DNA of 64,000 nucleotides, taken from the NCBI GenBank assembly GCA_963740315.1, contig CAVUDP010000001.1, positions 1,376,001-1,440,000 on the forward strand, written 5' to 3'. The stretch's first letter is position 1, and each line of letters begins with the position of its first letter. Position numbers and translations under genes: made by a program. The DNA comes from an uncultured cyanobacterium. Lineage in GTDB: Bacteria > Cyanobacteriota > Cyanobacteriia > Cyanobacteriales > Nostocaceae. Under the pieces are notes generated by a model. It searched no databases. It worked only from the letters and a program-made list of their open reading frames with translations, and had not been told where the DNA came from. Of this stretch, positions 1 to 10,016 are shown in pieces.

Positions 1-867
1 GGTATTGTCCGACGCGGTGAAAAATGGGCGGGTTGGAGCGGAGAACCCCAGTCTAAGATTCCCGGTCAAAAAGTCGGCTTTGGTACGACGGTTCGAGTGG
101 CAGATGGGGGCTATATTATTGATGGCACGAAGGTATTTGCTACAAGTGCTAACGAAGCGCAATGGGCAATTCTGTTTGTCAACCCATTAGGAACTGGGGG
201 AGCGCGTCACAGTAATGGATCGGCAAAATCGGTACTCATGCTAGGCTGCGATCTGTCAGATCCCAGCATCAGCTTTGACGATAGTTGGTGGGAACCCATA
301 GGGATGAAAGGTAGTATTAGTTACCTAGTGCGTTTTGAGGGAACTTTTATTCCGGAAGAAAACTTAATTGGCTATCCAGGTCAGTATCTGTTTGAGGAGT
401 GGCAGACGCGGTTTACTCCCCAGTATGGTGCTGCTTTTTTAGGGGCTGCGGAGGGAGCTTATGATTATGCTTTGGCATATGTCAAGAAACAGGTTAAAGA
501 AGGCGATCCCCACGTACAGCACCGAATAGCTGAAAGCGCCATGAATTTAGAAACCATGCAATTATGGTTGCGTCATACGGCAACTCTTTGGGAAACAGGT
601 CAACATTTAGAGGCGAAAGGGGCAGGTAATCGCACCCGTTACCTAACCGAAAACTTGGCAATGGAAACATTAAACCACTGCATTAAAACTTGTGGAGCGC
701 GTTCAATGATTCAACCTAGTTCTTTAGAGCGCATTTACCGGGATTTGTCTTTCTACGTTCTCCATGACAATTGCGATCGCGTTCTGTCTTCCATCGGTGA
801 AGAGATTTTGGGACAGTCTTTTGACCGCTCTTTCTTCAACTCCCCAGCACATCAAAAAAAGACCTAA
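1..867 (+). CDS. Acyl-CoA dehydrogenase-family flavoprotein (dehydrogenase or monooxygenase), 5'-partial
   Basis: The frame is open from base 1 (GIVRRGEKWAGWSGEP...). ACAD motifs: GYIIDGTKVFATS, WEPIGMKGSIS, LERIYRD. Confidence 0.8.
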   Translation, partial: GIVRRGEKWAGWSGEPQSKIPGQKVGFGTTVRVADGGYIIDGTKVFATSANEAQWAILFVNPLGTGGARHSNGSAKSVLMLGCDLSDPSISFDDSWWEPIGMKGSISYLVRFEGTFIPEENLIGYPGQYLFEEWQTRFTPQYGAAFLGAAEGAYDYALAYVKKQVKEGDPHVQHRIAESAMNLETMQLWLRHTATLWETGQHLEAKGAGNRTRYLTENLAMETLNHCIKTCGARSMIQPSSLERIYRDLSFYVLHDNCDRVLSSIGEEILGQSFDRSFFNSPAHQKKT

Positions 868-881
868 GTGAATTCAAGCAA

Positions 882-1565
882 ATGAATCAAGAGACTTTAG
901 TATACAAAGATAATTATTATTCAAAACCTAGAGAGGAGGGTGTTAATATTTACGATATTTGGGAGGAAGGAAAAGCCTACCAGGATTCCATCACTCCTAG
1001 TATCTACTATTCTCAATACCGTTCGTTTATTACCAATAAAATTAAATCTATTATTGACCAGGACTGTACCGGACGCATTTTAAGTATAGGCAGCGGCAAC
1101 GCTTTTGTGGAAAGGGATTTACACTCCGATGGCTATTCTATCTTAGCTAGCGACCCCAATCCTGATGCGATGACATTGGCGCAAAAGAAAGGAGTGCCAT
1201 TTGTATTGGCGGATGTTAATCAGTGGGAACCGCAAGAGAAAAACTTTGCTTTAATTTATTGCGATGGGGTAATGGGGCATTTATATCAGCCAGAATCAGG
1301 ATTCCAGACGCTTTTGAGTCGTTTGCGGCAATGGTTGCTTCCTAATTATGGAAAAATTTTGATTTCCAACGATGCAGCAGTCATTGATACTCCAGTACAT
1401 CCGCACCCTAATGTCAAAGAGTTTTACTGGTTTTCCCCAGAGTATTTGTGTTCTGAGTTATCAAAAGCTGGTTTTGATGAAGTAAAATCGGAAATCTTTG
1501 TCTATCCTCGTCCCCTTACTGGTAATAAAGAAAGGGTAATTGTACAAGCAAAAGCATGGATTTAG
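882..1565 (+). CDS. Class I SAM-dependent methyltransferase
   Basis: Motif I ILSIGSGNA, acidic motif II (ASD), ADV. Starts 14 bp after the upstream gene. Confidence 0.75.
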   Translation: MNQETLVYKDNYYSKPREEGVNIYDIWEEGKAYQDSITPSIYYSQYRSFITNKIKSIIDQDCTGRILSIGSGNAFVERDLHSDGYSILASDPNPDAMTLAQKKGVPFVLADVNQWEPQEKNFALIYCDGVMGHLYQPESGFQTLLSRLRQWLLPNYGKILISNDAAVIDTPVHPHPNVKEFYWFSPEYLCSELSKAGFDEVKSEIFVYPRPLTGNKERVIVQAKAWI

Positions 1566-2341
1566 GACTAACTGGCAAAATTGCTTTAGTTACTGCTTCT
1601 AGTAGGGGTATTGGTAAAGCCATAGCACAAGGGTTGGCAATGGAAGGTTGTCAGGTGATTATTTGCAGTAGAGATAAAGATAATTTACTCAAAACTGCCC
1701 AGGAAATAGAAGCTAAAACTGGACAATTAATTGCACCAATGCAAGTGGATCTTTGCCAAAAAGATAGCCTACAGCAATTTATAGAACGCATTACCAATCA
1801 ATTTTCCACCATTGATATTTTAGTCAATAACGTGGGTGGTATGCCTTACAAGCGCCACTATGAACTAAACCAAGAGGATTGGCAGCAATCATTCAATCTG
1901 ACATTTATGAGTCAGGTGAATATAGCTGAAGCTTTAATTCCTCAGATGAAGAAACAATCTTGGGGTAGGATTATTTTTGTGACTTCAGTAGCAGCAAAAC
2001 AACCCGGAATGCTGATTGCCCATTCTCAAAGAGCAAGTGTTGTTGCCTATGCTAAAACTCTTGCCAATGAATTGGGTGAATATAACATTCTTGTTAATAG
2101 TATCTGCCCTTCTTTTGCTATTACGGATAAATTTTATGAAGTTGCAGATGAAGTGGCTAGGAGACAGGAAAATACTCGCGAACAAGTTATTCAACAATGG
2201 ATGAAAAGTGTTCCTCTGCATCGCCCAGCTTCCGCTGAGGAAGTAGCGAATTTAGCAGTATTTTTGGCTTCAGAAAAAGCAAGTTATATCACTGGAACTT
2301 GTATTCAAGTTGATGGGGGGTTTGTGAAAAGTTTGTTTTAG
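1556..2341 (+). CDS. SDR family oxidoreductase
   Basis: ALVTASSRGIG, DILVNNVGG, SYITG...VDGG. Overlaps the methyltransferase stop, so probably operonic. Confidence 0.9.
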   Translation: MDLGLTGKIALVTASSRGIGKAIAQGLAMEGCQVIICSRDKDNLLKTAQEIEAKTGQLIAPMQVDLCQKDSLQQFIERITNQFSTIDILVNNVGGMPYKRHYELNQEDWQQSFNLTFMSQVNIAEALIPQMKKQSWGRIIFVTSVAAKQPGMLIAHSQRASVVAYAKTLANELGEYNILVNSICPSFAITDKFYEVADEVARRQENTREQVIQQWMKSVPLHRPASAEEVANLAVFLASEKASYITGTCIQVDGGFVKSLF

Positions 2342-2459
2342 TTAGTCTAAACAATATTATTAATGATGTTTAGACGTAGCAGTGCGGAGTCTCCCTGGAT
2401 TTTCGTTTGAATCCAGAGCGATAAATCGCTTACTACGAACCTATGAAAAATTACATAGC

Positions 2460-2493
2460 AAAAAACACCCCCCGATCGCTCGGAAGGCGTTTT
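2460..2493 (-). terminator. Intrinsic terminator of psbA
   Basis: Minus-strand hairpin AAAACGCCTTCCGA-GCGA-TCGGGGGGTGTTTTTT with G-U pairs and a U run, just downstream of the psbA stop. Confidence 0.6.
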
Positions 2494-2541
2494 CTATTTA
2501 TTGTAGAGACGTAATACATTACGTCTCCAATTATTTAATTT

Positions 2542-3624
2542 TTAACCGTTGATTGCGGGAGCGCTGACTGCAACAGGTGCAGATTCTAGAGCAGCTAAAT
2601 CAAGTGGGAAGTTGTGAGCGTTGCGCTCGTGCATTACTTCCATACCCAAGTTAGCGCGGTTCAATACATCAGCCCAAGTGTTGATTACTCTTCCACTTGA
2701 ATCAATTACAGACTGGTTGAAGTTGAAACCGTTCAAGTTGAACGCCATTGTGCTGATTCCCAAAGCGGTAAACCAGATTCCTACAACGGGCCATGCTGCT
2801 AAGAAGAAGTGCAAGCTACGGCTGTTATTGAAAGAAGCGTATTGGAAAATCAAACGACCAAAGTAACCGTGTGCAGCTACGATGTTGTAGGTTTCTTCTT
2901 CTTGACCGAATTTGTAACCGTAGTTCTGTGATTCGGTTTCGGTTGTTTCACGTACCAAGGAGGAAGTTACCAAAGAACCGTGCATAGCACTGAACAAGGA
3001 ACCACCAAATACTGCTGCAACACCTAACTGGTGGAAGGGGTGCATCAAAATGTTGTGTTCAGCTTGGAACACGAACATGAAGTTAAAGGTACCGGAGATA
3101 CCTAAAGGCATACCGTCAGAGAAAGAACCTTGTCCAATAGGGTAGATCAAGAATACTGCGGTTGCTGCTGCTACAGGAGCGGAGAAAGCAACACAGATCC
3201 AAGGACGCATACCTAAGCGGTAGGATAATTCCCACTCACGACCTAAGTAGCAAAATACTCCAATCAAGAAGTGGAATACTACCAACTGGTAAGGACCACC
3301 GTTGTACAACCACTCATCTAAGGAAGCAGCTTCCCAGATTGGGTAGAAGTGCAAACCAATAGCGTTGGAAGAAGGTACAACAGCACCGGAGATGATGTTG
3401 TTTCCGTAGATCAACGAACCTGCAACAGGCTCGCGGATACCATCGATGTCAACAGGCGGAGCTGCAACAAAAGCGATGATGAAACAGGTGGTAGCAGCTA
3501 AGAGGGTAGGAATCATCAACATTCCAAACCAACCGATGTATAAACGGTTGTTTGTGCTGGTGATCCACCCACAAAACTGCTCCCAAGCAGATGCGCTCTC
3601 GCGTCTTTGTAATGTGGTTGTCAT
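2542..3624 (-). CDS. psbA: Photosystem II reaction centre D1 protein (Glu130 form)
   Basis: 360-aa canonical D1: [39 protein letters not shown] plus a 16-aa C-terminal extension. Confidence 0.99.
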   Translation of the reverse strand: MTTTLQRRESASAWEQFCGWITSTNNRLYIGWFGMLMIPTLLAATTCFIIAFVAAPPVDIDGIREPVAGSLIYGNNIISGAVVPSSNAIGLHFYPIWEAASLDEWLYNGGPYQLVVFHFLIGVFCYLGREWELSYRLGMRPWICVAFSAPVAAATAVFLIYPIGQGSFSDGMPLGISGTFNFMFVFQAEHNILMHPFHQLGVAAVFGGSLFSAMHGSLVTSSLVRETTETESQNYGYKFGQEEETYNIVAAHGYFGRLIFQYASFNNSRSLHFFLAAWPVVGIWFTALGISTMAFNLNGFNFNQSVIDSSGRVINTWADVLNRANLGMEVMHERNAHNFPLDLAALESAPVAVSAPAING

Positions 3625-3680
3625 GGTTCAGATAATTGCTTTTTATGATTTGGTAAGCTCTTTTGCTCACCTATATTTAT

Positions 3681-3709
3681 ACATTAGAGCATTGTTTACG
3701 TTTTGTAAA
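3681..3709 (-). promoter_or_regulatory. Putative psbA promoter with HLR1-like element
   Basis: Minus strand TTTACA-17 bp-TAATGT. TTTACAAA-ac-GTAAACAA resembles the RpaB HLR1 repeat. Confidence 0.45.
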
Positions 3710-3769
3710 GAGATTTTAATTAAGTTTATTTTATACAAAATATATGTTTCTGTTATCAGCGAACAAATC

Positions 3770-3960
3770 AGTGAGCTGTGAGCAGTTAACAGTGAGCAGT
3801 GAGCTGTGAGCTGTGAGCAGTGAGCTGTGAGCAGTGAGCTGTGAGCAGTGAGCTGTGAGCAGTGAGCTGTGATCTGTGAGCAGTGAGCTGTGAGCAGTTA
3901 ACAGTGAGCAGTTAACAATTGGGAATCGGGAATTGGTAGTGGGTCATTGGGGATTGGTAA
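3770..3960. repeat. STRR-type heptamer tandem repeat
   Basis: About 20 units of GTGAGCA/GTGAGCT/GTTAACA, followed by GGGAATT-like units. Confidence 0.9.
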
Positions 3961-4016
3961 TTAAACAGCGATTTGGAGAAAGATAGCGGACATTGGAAAT
4001 GGTTTGTTTATTTAAA

Positions 4017-4091
4017 TCCTTGTCCCCTTGTCCCCTTGTCTCCCCATCTCCCCATCTCCCTATCTCCCCATCCCCTCATCCCTTCATCTCC
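4017..4091. repeat. Short tandem repeats (TCCCCTTG / TCCCCATC)
   Basis: Direct reading. Confidence 0.8.
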
Positions 4092-4442
<351 letters not shown>

Positions 4443-4449
4443 TTATTTA

Positions 4450-5412
4450 TTATGATTGCTCTTCGTCAACTGTTAATGATAGGACAGACGGTTCAACGGT
4501 TAATAAATAATCTACTGATGTTTCTACAGGTAGTAATTCCGAATCCTTAAAGTTTTTGTCCTGCGATCGCGCTAGCAAATCGGTTTCAGTAAGCATTCTC
4601 AGTTTTGACGCTAATCCTAAGAACTCAAGCATTTTAATGAAGCTATAGGTGGGATCTGGAAGATAAGCAACTCTTCCGGAACGAATGGTGATACCATGCC
4701 GACTGGATGACTGAAAAGCGTGGTGGAGATTATGCCAGCCTTCACCCAGGGTTAGAAATGCTACGAAGGCATTATTTCGACTGAATTCATCGGTAACAAA
4801 CGGGCGATCGCCAATGATATGGGAAAGTGAGTTGACGGTTTGTACTCCGTGGAATAACAGAGTTGTGCTGAGAAAAAATGCACCGAGATATTCGATACCA
4901 CCGATGAAATAGGAAAGCGCACCCAGAGCTAATACAGGTACGAAGTGCAAGCGATCGATTACTACTAAAACCCTGTCTTTCTCAACATCCCTCGGCAATT
5001 TAGCAGGAAAGAATTCGGGTGATAACAACCAACCCCCTTGCGACCAATAAAATGCTTTAATTCCTTCAAAACGGGTATTAGGAGAATGAGCATCGAGTTC
5101 TTTATCGGAATGTTGATGATGATTTACGTGGTGTGCTTTCCACCAACTTGGTCCCATTTGCCCTGCGGATGCCGTTACAATACATCCCAGCCATAGAAAT
5201 AAAGCGGGAGCCTGGTAACTTTTATGAGTGAGCAGTCTATGGTAGATGCCGGTTGTTCCCAGCATTCGGATTAGGTATAAAAATATAATCCATACGATAG
5301 CGCCCCACGATAAACCAGTCTTGAAAACTAGTAGCGAACCGAAATGACTAGAGATAATCAGTATCGGACCGATTATATAAGAAACAATTGTGAGTGGGGA
5401 ATACTGCCTCAT
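4450..5412 (-). CDS. Delta-9-like (DesC family) membrane fatty acid desaturase
   Basis: His boxes HRLLTH, HHVNHH and GEGWHNLHH, with transmembrane segments. Confidence 0.85.
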   Translation of the reverse strand: MRQYSPLTIVSYIIGPILIISSHFGSLLVFKTGLSWGAIVWIIFLYLIRMLGTTGIYHRLLTHKSYQAPALFLWLGCIVTASAGQMGPSWWKAHHVNHHQHSDKELDAHSPNTRFEGIKAFYWSQGGWLLSPEFFPAKLPRDVEKDRVLVVIDRLHFVPVLALGALSYFIGGIEYLGAFFLSTTLLFHGVQTVNSLSHIIGDRPFVTDEFSRNNAFVAFLTLGEGWHNLHHAFQSSSRHGITIRSGRVAYLPDPTYSFIKMLEFLGLASKLRMLTETDLLARSQDKNFKDSELLPVETSVDYLLTVEPSVLSLTVDEEQS

Positions 5413-5569
5413 TTTTTCTTCTACTATCCTGAAAGTGTTGATAAAGAAACCGTCTGGGTCTTGATTATGCGGAGAAATCCCGTAAAATCACCTTTAAATC
5501 ACCTTTCAAGAGAGTAATTGAGAAGACGTATTAATACAAGCTGGTATTGAAAAAAATCGAACTTGATTT

Positions 5570-5825
5570 GTAGTTGTAGGTTGGGTTAGACACGTTCAGC
5601 AAAGTTGATTTGTAACAAGAATATTTTAATCGTGTCGTAACCGAACATTGCGATCGCGGACATAGTATATTGCACCATTCGCAACAAGTCCTACAAAAAC
5701 CCGGTTTCTATTCGTGAAAGCATAATTATCTTGTTTTGTTACCAGCAAGAAACCGGGTTTCTAAATTCGATCAATTTTGTGTTTAAACCGATCTCTTAGC
5801 ATCGTGAAGATAACCTACGAACTAC
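5570..5825. repeat. Composite GTAG-type REP/REPIN-like element
   Basis: Ends GTAGTTGTAGGTT ... AACCTACGAACTAC are inverted. Internal AAAACCCGGTTTCT/AGAAACCGGGTTT pair. Homologous to 7200-7402. Confidence 0.65.
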
Positions 5826-5833
5826 GGTATTAC

Positions 5834-6730
5834 TCACGTGCCACTTCGTTTGACAAGCTTTGGATAAACTATATCCAGAACTAATACGATTAATGCATGA
5901 ACTGGCAGAATAATCAGTAAAAATGCCAAAAACCATATCGCAGTTATCCCAGCTTCGACGATTGTAGAGCGTGGAGTTAACCAGTCAAAAGCTGAGTCCA
6001 AAAGGCTTGTGACCTCTTCCTTACCTTCCACGCATAACCAAGGACTGTGAGCAACTATTAAATGTTCGGCTCCCCAACTGCGAACGGTATTAAGAGAATT
6101 ACGTACAGATTTGCGGTTAAAGATGTAAACTAGCTGCATTCCGCGTGGAGTATGTTTATACATTTGGTTCAACCGAGTAGTCACGCGGGAAATGGAAGAA
6201 AAAACTGCTGCGTCAAAATCCATAATCATATCGGTGAAAACTACCGTGTTCGACTCGCGATGGAAAAAGACGATTTCATCCACAAATCCACTACCCGAAC
6301 CAAAAATGCATTGATCTATTTGCTTGCTCCATTCGGGTTCTGGCTCGTCTGTAGAAATTGTTTTGTAAAAGGTTAAATCTTTGCGCTTTGAATCTAGTCG
6401 CGGTGATGCATAAAGTCTCGCTTCTGGGTATGCTTGGCTCCAATCTCCCATATGCAAATGGTGGATGTTGTTCGGCGAAACGATATATTTTACATTCCCA
6501 AGGGCATCAATATCGGTGCGGATATCGTCAGTAAGACGGATTGGGGAAATAATGAAAAGGCTATTGTCTTTTAAGCGTATGACAACTGCGCGATGGGTAT
6601 AGGGATAGCGGGGTTGCATCGGAGGTCGGTAGCATATGCAGTCGGGAGCTTCAATTGTCCAGATGTTCGTGGCGACTTTTACTAAACCACTTTTATTTTC
6701 GTTGGGAATTGGGCGGAAACTTTGCACCAT
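5834..6730 (-). CDS. DUF4336 family protein (metallo-beta-lactamase-like fold)
   Basis: RAVVIRL, VKYIVSPNNIHHLH, EIVFFHRES, VAH. Probable start is MVQSF at 6730; the ORF track starts at 6790. Confidence 0.75.
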   Translation of the reverse strand: MVQSFRPIPNENKSGLVKVATNIWTIEAPDCICYRPPMQPRYPYTHRAVVIRLKDNSLFIISPIRLTDDIRTDIDALGNVKYIVSPNNIHHLHMGDWSQAYPEARLYASPRLDSKRKDLTFYKTISTDEPEPEWSKQIDQCIFGSGSGFVDEIVFFHRESNTVVFTDMIMDFDAAVFSSISRVTTRLNQMYKHTPRGMQLVYIFNRKSVRNSLNTVRSWGAEHLIVAHSPWLCVEGKEEVTSLLDSAFDWLTPRSTIVEAGITAIWFLAFLLIILPVHALIVLVLDIVYPKLVKRSGT

Positions 6731-6787
6731 AGTTGGGTCTCCTAGTTTATATTCAGTTTTATAAATATTTATAATTGTAGACCTTAG

Positions 6788-6877
6788 CAATAATTTAATG
6801 TTGGGTTACGCCGCTTTGAATAATTTTTTGTTGAAACCTAATTTTTTAGTGCGCCATGAAGCTAATCTACGAACTAC
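6788..6877. repeat. Right half of the REP-like element
   Basis: Close match to 7322-7402. The end TGAAGCTAATCTACGAACTAC matches 5805-5825. Confidence 0.75.
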
Positions 6878-6893
6878 GTTAATAACAAGAGTT

Positions 6894-7091
6894 TCACAGC
6901 GATGCTGCAAAAGCGAGACAAGCTTTAATATCATAAGCGGTAAGTTCAGAAAAATCTTCTACAATTTCTGCTTCTGTCATACCACCTGCGAGATATTCTA
7001 AAATATCGTACACTGTGATTCGCATTCCTCGAATACATGGCTTGCCGCTGCGCTTAGCAGGTTCAATTGTGATTATTTTTTGGTAGTCCAT
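6894..7091 (-). CDS. DUF433 family antitoxin (short C terminus)
   Basis: SGKPCIRGMRITVYDILEYLAGGM signature. Confidence 0.85.
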   Translation of the reverse strand: MDYQKIITIEPAKRSGKPCIRGMRITVYDILEYLAGGMTEAEIVEDFSELTAYDIKACLAFAASL

Positions 7092-7199
7092 AAGTAAAGT
7101 TGATATAAATACTTGCTTACATTTTATGCTTGTACTTCACACAAATATTGAATTTGATTTTAATATCTTTGGGTTTTATGCTTCACGCCTTCAACACTT

Positions 7200-7402
7200 G
7201 TAGGTTGGGTTAAACACAAAAATCAAACTTGGCTTGTAACGAGGATTTTTTGATTGTGTCGTAACCCAACATCATAATCGCGAACAAGCAGTATTGTTCG
7301 ATTTTGAGATATTTTACATACCAATAATTTAATGTTGGGTTACGCCGCTTCGATCAATTTTTCGTTGAAACCTAATTTTTTAGTGCGTCTAACCCAACCT
7401 AC
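7200..7402. repeat. REP-doublet (REPIN/MITE-like) element
   Basis: Perfect 12-bp inverted termini GTAGGTTGGGTT/AACCCAACCTAC. Internal GTAACCCAACAT/ATGTTGGGTTAC pair. Confidence 0.8.
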
Positions 7403-7572
7403 GAAATACAAAATGAAAAAAAACCTTACTAGGCGCAGAGTACGCAGAGGAAAGAAGCAAAGAGAGATTAGGAGCAAGAGTGAAATAGTCGCAAGCAAAA
7501 GAGCAACACACGAAATAATTTTTGGTTATAACTGATGAGTTAAATGTTTTTATACTAATCGGTTATATAAAT

Positions 7573-9111
7573 ATGCTTGCTAGAGTTTGGAGTGCGTCAA
7601 TTGTCGGCATCGATGCGATTAAGGTGGGTGTGGAAGTGGATGTATCGGGTGGTTTACCGGCGATTGTGATGCTAGGATTACCCGATAGTGCGGTACAGGA
7701 ATCTAAGGAAAGGGTAAAAGCAACTTTGAAAAATGCGGGTTTTGGTTTCCCGATGCGAAAGATTGTAATTAACCTGACTCCTGCCGATTTGCGTAAGGAA
7801 GGTCCTTGTTTCGATCTACCTATCAGCGTGGGTATTTTGGCGGCTTCCGACCAGGTTAATCCCGATTTACTGGGGGATTATTTATTTCTGGGGGAAGTTT
7901 CTTTAGATGGTAGTTTGCGTCCGGTAGCTGGTGTATTACCGATCGCAGCTGCGGCGCAAAATATGGGAATTACTGCTTTGGTGGTACCTGCGGATAATGC
8001 TCAAGAAGCAGCAGTTGTTAAAGGATTGCAGGTTTATGGTTTTGAAAATATTTCTGAAGTTGCCGATTTTTTAAATAATCCCGCACGCCATCAACCTGTA
8101 GAACTTGATGAAACGATAGAAACTTCGTCTGATGACGCGACACCTCTTTACAATTTGGATTTAAAGGATGTCAAAGGACAAGCTCATGCACGTCGGGCTT
8201 TAGAAATAGCTGCTGCTGGAGGTCATAATTTAATTTTTGTTGGGCCACCTGGTAGCGGTAAAACCATGTTGGCAAGGCGTTTACCTCATATTTTGCCTCC
8301 GCTGGGTTTCGATGAATCTTTGGAAGTTACCCGCATCTATTCCGTAGCTGGCTTATTAAAAAATCGCGGTAAATTAATTCGCGATCGCCCTTTTCGGAGT
8401 CCCCATCATTCGGCGAGTGGCCCTTCTTTGGTGGGTGGTGGCAGCTATCCTCGTCCCGGTGAAATCTCTTTATCACACAGAGGTGTACTTTTCCTAGATG
8501 AGTTAACAGAATTTAAAAGAGATGTATTAGAATTTCTGCGTCAACCTTTAGAAGATGGGCAAGTTACGATTTCTCGCACCAAACAATCTGTAATGTTTCC
8601 CGCACAGTTTACTTTGGTGGCGAGTACCAATCCCTGCCCTTGCGGTTTTTATGGCGATACCATCGAGCAGTGTACCTGTTCGCCGAATAAAAGAGAAAAT
8701 TATTGGGGCAAGTTATCGGGACCGTTGATGGATAGAATTGACTTACAAGTTGCTGTAAATCGTTTAAAACCTGAAGAAATTACCCAACAACCCAACGGAG
8801 AAGCATCGGAAACGGTTAGAGAAAGAGTTTTAATTGCAAGGGAGCGAGCATCTGAGCGATTTGCAAAAGAGAAAAGTTTACGTTGCAATGCTCAAATGCA
8901 AAGTCGTCATCTCCAGAAATGGTGCAAACTAGATGATGCATCTCGCAATTTATTAGAAATGGCGATTAGAAAATTAAATTTATCAGCAAGAGCTAGCGAT
9001 CGCATTTTAAAAGTAGCCAGAACTATCGCAGATTTAGCTGGTGATGAAAACTTGCAGCCCCATCATGTTGCCGAAGCCGTTCAATATCGCACCATAGATA
9101 GAATGCAATAA
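7573..9111 (+). CDS. comM: YifB/ComM Mg-chelatase-like AAA+ ATPase
   Basis: GLPDSAVQESKERV, Walker A GPPGSGKT, RSPHHSAS, FLDE, NPCPCG. ATG at 7573 (MLARVWSAS). Confidence 0.9.
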   Translation: MLARVWSASIVGIDAIKVGVEVDVSGGLPAIVMLGLPDSAVQESKERVKATLKNAGFGFPMRKIVINLTPADLRKEGPCFDLPISVGILAASDQVNPDLLGDYLFLGEVSLDGSLRPVAGVLPIAAAAQNMGITALVVPADNAQEAAVVKGLQVYGFENISEVADFLNNPARHQPVELDETIETSSDDATPLYNLDLKDVKGQAHARRALEIAAAGGHNLIFVGPPGSGKTMLARRLPHILPPLGFDESLEVTRIYSVAGLLKNRGKLIRDRPFRSPHHSASGPSLVGGGSYPRPGEISLSHRGVLFLDELTEFKRDVLEFLRQPLEDGQVTISRTKQSVMFPAQFTLVASTNPCPCGFYGDTIEQCTCSPNKRENYWGKLSGPLMDRIDLQVAVNRLKPEEITQQPNGEASETVRERVLIARERASERFAKEKSLRCNAQMQSRHLQKWCKLDDASRNLLEMAIRKLNLSARASDRILKVARTIADLAGDENLQPHHVAEAVQYRTIDRMQ

Positions 9112-9155
9112 TTAAGATTAAAGGTTAAAGGTTAAAGGTTAAAGGTAAGTTTTTT

Positions 9156-9220
9156 GTAGGGTGTGTGACGCTTTTATTAATTTTGCCAGCTAAATTATAA
9201 TTTTAAAGCGTCACGCACCA
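9156..9220. repeat. GTAG-type REP (GTAGGGTGTGTGACGC...GCGTCACGCACC)
   Basis: Second copy at 11711-11774 and a related inverted copy at 19162-19193. Preceded by a TTAAAGG heptamer tract. Confidence 0.75.
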
Positions 9221-9233
9221 ATGTTAATGAAAA

Positions 9234-9866
9234 ATGACTATTCAAACTATTCAAGCAAGAGATATCAATCTTCGTTATCTGATAGACAACTTCGGCATTG
9301 AATTAATCCGAAACGTTGACTTCTTCCCTGAATGGCAAAATGATTTACTGGAATTGAGCGAATACGAGAAACAACTGCTCGACAAAATAAAAGATGGTTA
9401 TTTCAACCTGCTTAATTATCCACCGCTACTCGAAGGAATGGTTCGTCAAGCAATAGTCGATCCATTACTTTTTATTGGTGATTTTTATCTTGCACCATTT
9501 TACGTTAAATCAGAAGAATCAATTGATATTGAAGTCCCCGACAAAGATATGATTATCAAAGGTCGGATCGATACTTTGGTGTTGTGCGATCGACTCTGGG
9601 TGATGATTATCGAATCAAAAAAAGCTTCATTCTCGATTGAAGAAGGGTTAGCGCAATTGCTGTCGTATATGCTTGGTAGTCCCATTATTGATAAACCAAC
9701 TTTTGGACTAATTGCCACAGGTAGCGAATTTATTTTTATCAAATTAGTTAAAGGTAATACGCCACAATACGGAACATCAAAAGTTTTCTCGATGCGTAAC
9801 CCCGGTAACGATCTATATGATGTATTAAAGATTTTGAAAAAATTAATTCAAATTGCCAGCATTTAA
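9234..9866 (+). CDS. Stand-alone HsdR N-terminal-like PD-(D/E)XK nuclease-fold protein
   Basis: GRIDTLV...IIESKK, LAQLLSYM, FGLIATGSEFIFIKL. Resembles a common cyanobacterial family. Confidence 0.7.
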   Translation: MTIQTIQARDINLRYLIDNFGIELIRNVDFFPEWQNDLLELSEYEKQLLDKIKDGYFNLLNYPPLLEGMVRQAIVDPLLFIGDFYLAPFYVKSEESIDIEVPDKDMIIKGRIDTLVLCDRLWVMIIESKKASFSIEEGLAQLLSYMLGSPIIDKPTFGLIATGSEFIFIKLVKGNTPQYGTSKVFSMRNPGNDLYDVLKILKKLIQIASI

Positions 9867-10016
9867 ACCATAATAATATTGTTTATTCTTACTGGTCACT
9901 GGTCACTGGTTACTGGTCACTGTTTCCCGCTTCCTTCTTAAGTATAATTACTTTCATCTTTACCAATAGTTGATACTAATCTAAAATAAATAAACCCCAA
10001 AGATGCAGACCTATAA

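Noticed and set aside
3770..3920. Possible CRISPR array
   Set aside because: Contiguous 7-mers with no unique spacers and no cas genes; an ordinary STRR tract.
6798..7535. Paralogous small ORFs starting MLGYAA (6798, 7332)
   Set aside because: Both starts lie within the same REP element, so the similarity is repeat-derived.
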